Positions 11,544-22,405 of a stretch of 64,000 bases of DNA are shown in pieces (position 1 is the first letter of the stretch; every line of letters starts with the position of its first letter). The notes under the pieces were generated by a model. That model worked only from the letters and a program-made list of their open reading frames with translations, did not search any database and was not told where the DNA came from. Made by a program: the position numbers and the translations under genes. Source of the DNA: Catajapyx aquilonaris (lineage: Eukaryota); contig KZ538011.1 in the NCBI GenBank assembly GCA_000934665.2, positions 1 through 64,000 of the forward strand, written 5' to 3'.

Positions 11544-14500
11544 TCACTCTCGCCACCTCGGATGCTTATTTCCATTTCCGACGTTTTCGTAAATGCCCTC
11601 TTCATCATCGACACATGTCTCCCTCTGCATGTTTTCATAGATTGGATCTGAAATCATAAAATGCAGCAATATTCGGTTCAGTACCCCTGTCACAGCATAA
11701 AGCTTCACTGAAAATGACAGTTCCTTGAACTGATGACTGACCGTTTTGGTCGTTAATTTGTTGACCAAAGCTGGGGTCCTGTATGGCGTCGCTGAGACAT
11801 TCGTAGATAAATGCGTACTGGGTGCTGTTCTGAACCATTTTGGTCCTGCAGTTCCTTAGGCCCAGGACTGTTTCAAAGACCCGAACCTGCCTCTCTTGCA
11901 AGGCCTGCTGGAGGAGGATGTCCAGGGCTACGAAGGTTCCGGTACGACCCACTCCAGCGCTGAAATGTAGTTTAGTTCCATAGTGTTTTACTTGCCAAAC
12001 AAAAAGCTACGAAACAACAACCCATAGAGATGTTATGTGTAACCTGCAATGAACGATGGTTGGAGCATGTGGATCCATGTGTTGCCTGGTGTCTTGAATA
12101 AAAGCTAAAAGTGGCTTGGTATCGCTGGGTCGGTCGTGGTCACCCCACTGGACAAAATGCAGGTGCGTCAAGGTGCGTTGCTGCTCTCCGTACATATTTG
12201 TCACCTGAAACACATACTTAGTCCTACTAACTGTACAGTAATCTACGTATAGGACCTATGCAAATTATTCATAAACACATAAGAGGCGATTTGTACACAG
12301 GTCTTTTTGGCTTCAAGCGTCTTAATGGCTAGTTGCAAGGGTATCGAGAAAATGCAAAATTGAAATTTGTGTCTTCTTACTCTGCGAATGAGGAAAATGC
12401 GTTTCAAGTAATCTGCGAACACCACCGTCTTTTTGAGCTTGATCGTGATATCGCCATATTCGATTTTTTCGCCTTCTTCTGGCCAGTATTGCTGGCACTT
12501 GATCTGAAAACAAGTTTTAATTATTGGTAGTACAATCATCAGGCACTAAATGTGTGGGTCTTTATATTTTGCAAAACCAAATATCTGCTCACTTTTTCGT
12601 CCTCAATGCACTGTGTCAACATGACTATCAGACTGACTTGCTGCTCCCAAACCATACGCCAAAAATCTACGCACGTGTCCGGTTTAGGACCTTGAGATGC
12701 TATGTACTCAACACTCCTGTTGTAACCCTGCAACAATACCCACAAGCATTATCATCGCCACCTGCAAAATAATTCTCAACTCACTTCGACATAGGAAGCA
12801 TTGACGTAATCAGAACAAGGTTCTTCAGGGTCAGGCTCCAGCTTGACCCTGGAGTGGTCAACTGCGAAAACAACCATACATTATTTAATGAGATGGCTAC
12901 ATACATTGAATGTAAGAGGGAAACGGGTAATGACGTACATGGCAGTATGTTGGTGTATCTGTTCTTCCTCAGCTTATTTTCGGGCTTGTTGGCTTCTTCC
13001 GTGGTGTGATTGAACGCGTCTGACTCTCGTCCGAGCCGCGTGTATTCCTCCTGGAGCAAGGCATTGTTGTTCTCCTTCAGCAGCCTGAAGTGCGATTGGA
13101 TGCGGCTCAGCTCTAGTGCCCTGTGGTCAGCAACCACGTCGTGGCTACGAGATCCGACCCTGGGTTGGCCAGATCTCCAGAACGCTCTCTGGCTTACCTT
13201 CTCTAGAAAACTGGATTTAAAAAGTCATTAAAGAGGGTTGCAGTGGGTGGGGTTGGCATAATGGTGCTTACGGTATGGGATGTCGCCTGTGGTAGAAGAA
13301 TATCGAGAAGCAGATGGCTGCCATGATCAGTAAGGACATGAGGACTCCGACGATGACACCGACCGAGGAAGACCCTCCTTCTATCGGATCAGTGTTGAAC
13401 GTAGGCAATTGGGCGTCTACGAACGTGTTGGTGGTGTACGCACGTATTCTGATTATGTATGTGGTGCCAGGACGTAGAGGTCCGTTACAGTATTTGCCAA
13501 GCATGCTCTTGTGGTCACACGAACTGTTGCAGCCCAGCACAAAGAGGCCATCCTGTGGTGGATGCCAGCCCTCGGGAGTGGCCGAGTATGCCAATACGGC
13601 GTCGGTACCACTTGTTGCGTTGTACCAAGTGTTCAGACGCGGTGGTTTGGATCTGAAGAATCCATTGGTGATGTTGCCTTCGTAGCCCTTTTGGGCCACC
13701 AGTAGCGAATACGATAGGATGTCACCTGATGAGTTGCTGAAGAGATTCGAGGGTATTTGGACCACTCCTTGGTGTTTAGGGTCAGAACCTTTGATTACTG
13801 ATGCATTGTTCGAGGGTGTAACGACTGGAACTGTAATCAGAGTTTGTTAGTTACGAAATGAGTAGCTGAGCTGAGCACTTACCTCCTGGGTAAGTAGAAG
13901 CCTCAGTTGAGTATGAGGGTCCTTCAGCTATAGTGACAGCAGACACGTTGATTATGTAATTGTACTCGGGTTTCAGGCTGCTCAGTGTCAGGTTACATGC
14001 TTCCAGACAGTCACTTTTAATAACCACAGGGCCACTGTCATTTGTGAACCCATGTCGCCATCCATAATACTTGATGATATATGAGCGAATAATTCCATTC
14101 CTGTCTGTTGGATCTGGAGCTTTCCATTTCAATTCCACGTACTTATCGGTGCGATTTGTCACCTGCAAGCCCTGTATACGCCCGGGAGCTGCAAATTAAT
14201 CCAGAAGCAATAGTTAAACACTTTCCCTTTATCTTGTAGGGTCTTGACACACTGAGGCTGGTCCACTCTTTGGTTGATAGGCACAGTGTTAGCAATTCAC
14301 AGACACTGTCTGATTTCATATCGACAAGTATGAATTATGTTGGAACTGTCTAGAATATAGATTGTTAATATTGCCCCTATCAATCAAAATAATGTCCTCG
14401 GTGGTGTGCTTACCTGCTTCCAACGTCTGGTTTCGCACTCTAACAGGGTCAGCAGATTGTCCTCCTGAATTTCTAGCCCATATTTTGCATGTGTAGTAAG

Positions 14501-17500
14501 TGAAAGGTTTCAGACCAGGTATCCAGCACCTTTGGTCATCATTGATGAAAGTGTCAGTATTGCGACACACTGCTGAATAAGGTCGAGCTTGCTGCTTTGC
14601 GTCGCATGTGACCTGGAGGGTAGGCTTTCCACATAGGCTGACATTACTCAAGTCTGGCGGCGACCACGATATTTCAAGCTCATTTGCAGTTCTGTTGTCC
14701 ACGTACGCATTTGGCTTGGGCGGTTCTGTGAACGTAAACGACATACGAATCAAAAAATTGTGCACATACACGATTGTTGCATTTTGCTTACGGAGTTTGC
14801 TGGTAGTGAATTGTTTCTGAGGGCCACTTGCATTGTAACTGTCGGTGAATGCGATAACTTTCGCCTTGTATTGTCCGCAAGCTCTGAGGCCACTGTCAAC
14901 TATCTGAGAAGTAATGTTACTCGGTGTACTTGTAGCAAACACCACATGCGTTTCTTCATAATACACTGTAACATTGTAACCCCGCACGCATTCGTATGCA
15001 GTGTCTGGAGGCTTCCACTGTATGTCAGCCGAGTTATAGGAGGTGCCAGAGGCGCTTATTATTGCAGGAGGACTGGGAGCTGAAATGTAACAAATTACAT
15101 TACAAGATTGGACAAGTCCTCGGTTCAAGAGAAGCCCATTTAAACAGGAAAAACTCGGGCAGTACCCGGTGTATGTACTCACCCTCTTCCTGTGTGATTT
15201 CGGTACTGGAGGCTGCTGTGCCTGGCTTCCCGCCGATAGTGATACCCACCACTTCTACACTGTAATTGGTGCATGGATGCAGACCATGCAGCACAACGGT
15301 TAGGGTTGAATTAGAAACAATCTGGTTATCGCCGTCTCCATATGCACTCCAGTGTGAAACATTATAATGATCGATGCACTTCGAAGCCTCCTTGGGTGCC
15401 GTCCATGAAACTGTGATGGAACTATTAACAGTGCTGACAAGTTTTAGGTCTCGCGGATCGCTCGGTACTAAAATTGAAAGATTGTACGTAATTAATGCAA
15501 TGCCACTAAATAACCCAGCAACATGACGTACTTGTTTCTTTCGTTTCATGTGTCATTGCAGCTGCAGGAGCATCGGGATAGTCATCATACAAAGCTGTTA
15601 CGCTGAAATTGTACATAGTGCAAGCTTCCAATCTCTTCATTTGATACTCGCATGACGCTTCATTGCAAGTGAAGTTGACATCTGGTCTGTCCGAGGCCTT
15701 CAGCACATAAAAGTTGAAATCTGAGTTGTTGCAAACTGGTGCGTCCCATTGCAGAGTAGCGTTGCAAAATCCTGTGTGGACATGTAAGTTGCTGACCGTG
15801 TGCTCGGTTTCTGAAAAGATTTCATTTAATTACAAAATACTCAACAACGTTACACCATTGTCTCACCATTTCCCATAACTGCTTCATGATTAATCTTTGC
15901 ATATTTGGTGCTGTTTTTCTCGTCAATTGTCACTGCCCATACTCTGACGTCGTAAGCCTCACAGCCTTGCAGGTCCTTCAGAATCATATTCATCTGAGTA
16001 GTTGTTGCAGTCTCGGAGAGTTCGCTCTTATTGGATGGTCCGTACCAGACGATGTAATGATTTACACACTGAGGATACATTTGAGGCTTGCTCCAATTCA
16101 GGGATAGAGTGTGCGGGTTGTACGAACCGGATCTCAAATGAAGGGGTTTGCTTGGAGCTGCAGCAATTCAAATTAAGGTAATATAACGCGTTATAAATGT
16201 CGGAACATCAGAACAGAAAATTGAGACTCACCTAAAGTCTTAGTTGTGATGACATTACTGGGGTCCGACTTGTTCTGGAACTCGCTACCTTCTTGAAGTT
16301 TCACCGACACACTGAACGTGTAATTTGTGCAAGGTTCGAGTGTCAGGCAAACAGGGGAGGAGCATGTTGCTGCGAAAGTGCTGTTGTCCACTGAACAGAT
16401 ATCTTTTGTGATGTTCATTTCACAGTGATTGTTGTCACTAGCGTCTATTCTAATGGATTCTAGCAGCTCTCCACATTGAATGAAACTCCAGTCTAAGGAC
16501 GCATTGAGAGGACCCTCTACCGTAGCGTTGACATCTGTAATTACTTTTCCTGGCTCTGTGGAAACATAATTTTAATTGCCATTTATTCATAAAATGGATA
16601 CCATTCTGAGATATTTCAGTGTCGCGCTGAATGATTCAACTCTCAAAATGAAGTTATATTTGGGCATCTGACATAAAGGGTGTGTAACCTACAGTGATTG
16701 TTCTTATGCACTTACTCATGCTCGTGGTGAAAGTGGCGTTGCTGTATACTCCAGCCTTTCCCTTTGGTGTGACCGCCCCAACACGAACGACATATTCGAC
16801 GCACGGTAACACTTCTTCCGTAATATTGGTGTATGTGGTATGGTTTTTGTAGGTCCATTTTTGGCCGGTGGGCCTACTTGGCTTCATCTGCACGTAATAT
16901 CCAGTGACGCACTCGAGGTTTTTCGAGGGAGGAAGCCACGATATTTCCACCTGATGTTGATTTGTTAGCTGGATTTTGATGTGTTGCGGCGCGCTAGGGG
17001 CTGAGAGAGGAATTAGACTTGTTAAAAATATGCTGTGAGGTATTTAATGCAGGAATATTCCTGAAACATATACATGGGAAAGGCAGCACTCACGTTCTTC
17101 TTCGATTGTGACAGGTCCAACAGTGTCTTCTCCCAATAGACCTTTCGACCATAACTGAACAGTCACGTTGTACTGCTTGCATGGAGTGAGGAGTTTAGTG
17201 GTGGTGTAATTGCATCTACTGCTATTTGTGTTGCAAGCAGTATTAATATTTTCATCCTCAGTAATAACTGTTCCGTTGTAGTCTGTCAATATAGTTCTGA
17301 TACCGCTGGCACTCTTCATAGTGCAGTTTCCAATATCGAATTGAATCTCAATCGTCTTGAGGCTTGTGGACTTGGCAGTCAAATTCACGATGGCCTCTGA
17401 AATTTCGCTTCTCATTAGTTCAACAAAATTCGCTAACAATATAATTTCTCACCGTCATCTACGTAAGTGGACGAAGCAGGTAAGTCAACTGAGGCCTCAT

Positions 17501-18175
17501 GTCCGTAACTCCTGGAGTCATTGTAAGATATGCTGACGCTGAGGGTGTAATCAAGGCACTTGTCCAGCGGGTGACAAAAATTAATACTGCAGGAAGTGTC
17601 GTCGCATGCATCGGTGTTACTTGTGTAGCAAGTTAGCTTGCTCGTTTTTGAAGCCTTTGGAGTTGCAGACAGCATGTATTCTGACACATAAACCTGGTTG
17701 CATGAAGGCAGAGTCCAGTTAAAGCTAACACTTCTTTCCTCCTCCTCATAGTCATCCTCATCATCACTTGATATATGCAGGTTACCGATTGTGTCATTAA
17801 GACCTGTGAACAACGCAACATAAATGCAATTAAAACGCTATTTCATAAGGTAAATTTAATCTGGCGGATTATTTCCTTCGTGTGTGTGTGTGCTCGCACC
17901 TCCTGAGTGTGCCCATCCCTGGACAGTGTCCGACCAATTCCCGGTGACATTGTCGAACGTGACCATTGCAACACGGAAGTCAAACAGTGAGCATGCAGGC
18001 ACTGTCTTCAAGGCCACAGAAGTGTCGTTGACTCTCATTTCGAAGCTGGTCCACTCATTCTCTAAATGTTCCTTGCATTCCACCCTGTACCAAGTGGGAC
18101 AGGTGTCGTTTTCCCACGAGATTTGCACCAAGTTGGGGCCGGGATGGTCACTTATCCTCACGCCTTTTACCACAT
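11544..18175 (-). CDS. Receptor-type protein tyrosine phosphatase, R3-like architecture (~11 FN3 exons + membrane-proximal domain + TM + single PTP domain + YxN tail); signal-peptide exon(s) upstream not resolved
   Basis: Successive ~280-350-nt exons with phase-1 introns each encode FN3 signatures (W..P, Y.V, L.P.T.Y...V.A). TM segment [23 protein letters not shown] at ~13300-13370. PTP motifs [52 protein letters not shown]. The tail has PIYENM and GIYENV. Minus-strand AATAAA at 11299-11304. Confidence 0.92.
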
Positions 18176-18448
18176 CTAAGCAAAATAAGCAAAGCCAGTG
18201 ATGTGTAGGGTGTTTCATAATGAATCAAAAACTTCTATAGGATGATCTCCTTGTATTCATATAGTGTCTCTGCAGTTACCAAAGATTATCACTAATCACT
18301 CAAAGAGTGAATTATACATCTCTGCATAAAATTATCCGCTTATTAAGCATAAGAGTTCAACATAGAGGTTCGTCTGACTCATTATAAAGGATTATGTGTA
18401 GCAAAGCCGTTGGCACAGGATGCATAAGATGATTCACTTGCCCTTATA

Positions 18449-19394
18449 CAGGGTTGGGCAAAATGTATGGCCTGATTTGAATCATGTGGTACTATGATGC
18501 TGTTTGAGCATGCAGGGGATATTGGCATGCGCTGGAGTGGGGAAGGTTTGCCATTTGCAAAAATGGTGTCGTGGTCGCCAGAGCACTGTGCATTCTTTGT
18601 GGAGACTTATTTTAAAATTAACGAGTTCCCCATAGCTCTACGAAGAATATTTCTTCACCATTTTGAACTGGGATATCAGGACGAAGTTATCAACCACCAG
18701 ACAAACATAAGGTGGGTGAAGCAATTCCTGAACACATCATCATGCCTGGACCAGAATATCACTGTCCAAGGAGTCCTTGGACAGTGCTATTCTAGGACAC
18801 AACGGACCCCCAGCCAAATGGTATTCAACGCACAACTCCGAATTCCTGGGCTATTGGCAGTTCCAAGCGTCCAAAAAGGTTCTTCGGGCCACTCTGTCCC
18901 TTGCTTTCAATTGTTGCACAGCTTGATCTTGTAAGGATATAAGTGCAGGACATCATGGATGATGTAGCACAGGGAGTGTGCCAACATTCATAGTGCCAAG
19001 GCATGCCTATAACTGCTGATCACTACGGACTTCGGAGGAGCGCATTGTGGACATCTTGGGAGGGTCGGCTATGTCCTTGGATGTCCAGTGCTTTTTTGGT
19101 TTCTGATGCTGTATCCCGGAACTGCTTCACCCCCCTTATGATTGCCTGATGGTCAGGGACTTGGTTCTGACGTCCCAGCCCAAAATGGTGAAGAAAGATC
19201 CTCACAGCTCTGGTGGAATCATTATTTTTAAAATAAATCTCTATGATGACTGTACGGTGCTTTGCAGACCAAGACACCATTTTTGCAAATGGCAAACCTT
19301 CCTTACTCCAGCACATGCCCATATCCCCTGGATGCTCAAACAGCACCACCATACCACGTGATTCAAATCAGACCATACATTTTGCCCAACCCTG
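18449..19394. mobile_element. 946-bp foldback Tc1/mariner-derived element built from two inverted transposase 5' ends (DUF4817-like HTH N-terminus)
   Basis: TA|CAGGGTTGGGCAAAATGTATGG at both ends. The ~300-bp inverted arms encode similar peptides (MVSWSPEHCAFFVETYFK...FLHHF on +, MVSWSAKHRTVIIEIYFK...FLHHF on -). No DDE catalytic region. Confidence 0.85.
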
Positions 19395-22300
19395 TACATC
19401 GCATAACACAATGTATGGCCACACTGAAATATTATGCTGGGTTTCAATTCAATTTGATCAAAGTTTGCTCAAGATTATCTGAGAAATCGAGATGCGCATA
19501 ATAATTTAGTTTGCTCAATATTTGAGTCGGCAATACATTACTTTCATTCGGGAAAATTCATTGTAATGCAATGGCAAAACACATTTAGTACATTTAGTCG
19601 TGAAGCTGCGCACATTAATAGTTTTACTTGGGCATTATCGGTGAGATGTTTCCATCAAGAGTGTCATGTGCAACAATTTATTTTTAATCGACTGTACCAA
19701 AAATGCATTATTTGCGCTTTGCCTTTGCATGACAGTTCACTCGCTTCCTGCACTCCAAAAATCACTCAAGCAAGTTAAAGAAAATATTGCCAACTTCTTC
19801 AGTGGCATTTCAATCAAATTTTATTTCAGAACCTTATTTACCTGGGCATTTGGGTACAACTGCTGTCGAGGTCATCAGTCTTCTCCCAGTGGTTCTCCGA
19901 AACGTTGAAATATTAGGCATGTATGATGTTCTACCCTGAATCAAAAGTCTGGATTTATTAATTATACGAACGTCAACAGGTGTATATTATCGCATGCAAT
20001 GTAAATCTGCTTCTAATATCTTGCGTCACTAACGGCCTTGTCTGCACATCACTAGATATCACCTCTATATCTATATCCCCCCCCGATTATTTCGTTCCGA
20101 TACCTCACCTCGCATCATTCTCGGAAAACATATCAAGGATTTCATTACCTACTAAAAGGTCATGCGCCACCCCCCGGATTCCGCACATATTTACGTCCAA
20201 CAATATTTCCTCATATACTCACAATCCACATGTGATAAGATGCGTCCCCACACACTTTTCTTTCCTCACAATTTTTTTCCTCATGAACTGTGTTTAAGCG
20301 ATTTGCGACACAATGCAACTGCCAGTAATTGCGCACAAACCAAAGTGCCGACTCTTTCTGATTGGACTACACCTGTGATTTCATACCCCATTATGAGCGG
20401 CGGCCGATCCTCCAGAGCTGCAATCCAGGATGACCAGAGTGAGCCACACCAGCACTGCACCAAACCCCTTCATGACCCCATGTGTACTCACAAAAAAAAA
20501 ACAACCACCACAATCACACAGTAGATCGCAACACTCCAATGGTTTTGTCCCCCCGTCAGTCGTACAGATCCGAACCTAAAAGTCGGAGGTTCTAATCAAA
20601 AGCCCACATCCCCTCCCTATTCCCCACTCTCTCTGTGTGTGTGATAACATGCGGGTGTCCCATTGGACCAAGCTCAGGAGGAAACAAATGCTGCCGCCTC
20701 TCTCTTAGCTCTTTATCAATAACTTGAGGAAAAAAAAAGAGAGTATGGAGTCTTTCGCATCCTGATTAGACCCACCCCGTACTATCAGTATAGTGCATTG
20801 TCACTTGTTCACAATAGACATTCCTTTAGACGAGGGGTTTGCACCAGCAAATCGGAAGCCACGCGAGCGTTTTATTAACACACACTCACATATGGTGCAA
20901 GTGTGTGTGCATGCCAGCTGCTTGCTTGACATTCCCCCTCCCCAAAACCACCCTCCACAAACCGCAACCTTCTGTAGATACCAACTAAGGACACATCTAG
21001 GCAGTGAGTAAAAATGTGGAGGATGAGTCAGTTTCCTATGCTGATTATAACTGGGATCCAGTCATTATCATTGAGGACGTGGTGCAGGTGCAGTTGGATT
21101 CAAAATTAATCAATATCTAAGAGTTAATTAAATAAGGGTATGCAGCTGGATCCGCTAGAGGTGGCTGTTATTGCACAGGTAGGCTCAAAAACATGAGACG
21201 ATTTTGAGTTTGATTCACGTGCAGGCTTCAAATGCAAAACCGTCTCGTTATGTTTTTGAGCGATATAGTACATGCGGGTAACAAAGGGGCTGCTTTGTCT
21301 TTTATTGCGTATTTTATGACACCTTGAAATACCGCTCTAGTGAGGGTAATGGAAAAAAAAAGAAAAGAAAAGTGCGATTGCTTTCTGGCCAACCTTGGGG
21401 GGGTTGTATGGACTGAGCATTTGGCCTGGGCTCATACAGTGTCTTGAATGTCTGTGGTGTTATCGAGGGGTTGAGTGAAGAAATTCAATTGTGTTGCGCA
21501 AAGAGTGGTATTTCAGTGATTATATTCCAGTATGATTATGTAACGCACAATAATTATCACAAGTGTAAGTTGCGGGGTGAGAATTACAAGGTTGTAACTG
21601 CAATGAAAATCCTATGCAAATCTTTGTAACAGTGCGATAATTATCTTCGTTCATTCATATTCGTAGTGTGGCAATGGGTGTTGAATCGTGTACGTACTGA
21701 CACACTACGAAAGTTAATAAAGTACAGAACTTGATAAAAATGTAGAATCTGCAAAAGCAATTTTGTTGGTCCCATGCTATACAATAAATTGTTAATCATG
21801 CACAAGACCAGTGTGTTCCTATCAAACAATAGTGATGTTGTTTCATGATGGTGATAAAACCAGGAAGCCTTGTGTAAAGTACAGGGAACTGAAAAAAACA
21901 TCATGTTACTGCACCCAGCAAACATGATAAGAACAAGGAAAAAGCCCGGCCACAAACTGTTATATCAGATGCTTATTTCCAAACCATTTGTACTGAATAA
22001 AACAGGGTCATTTGTGGACAGTTTGGATTCCAACCTACACCCATGTTGTATACAGTCATAACTCCAGCTGCAAGATAAAATTTTTGTTACCTCAACAATT
22101 TTGGATTGATCGGTACCTATTTACAGTACACTAATCTGTTAGCAATACAAGAGACATGATAAGATTGCACTTGACTGAAGACGCCGATTGGGTCTGCCTG
22201 CGCAACTTGTACATTAATAGGTAGGTGCTTGAAGGTCAACCTTTACAGTCTCCATCAGAGCATAAGGGGCTTGCCTGGTTTTCCGGAAGGTCCGAAAACT

Positions 22301-22405
22301 CAGCCATAAATCGACTCGCACTATCTCAAAATAAACAGCCAGCGACCAAAAATTCAATGAATATTTTTATTCCATAGTCCAAAAACCCATTTTCCCAAAG
22401 ACAGT

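Noticed and set aside
19620..19940. Candidate signal-peptide/first exons of the receptor PTP
   Set aside because: Splice signals exist (for example cccag|gtaaat at ~19841), but I could not assemble a phase-consistent, stop-free path with a signal peptide.
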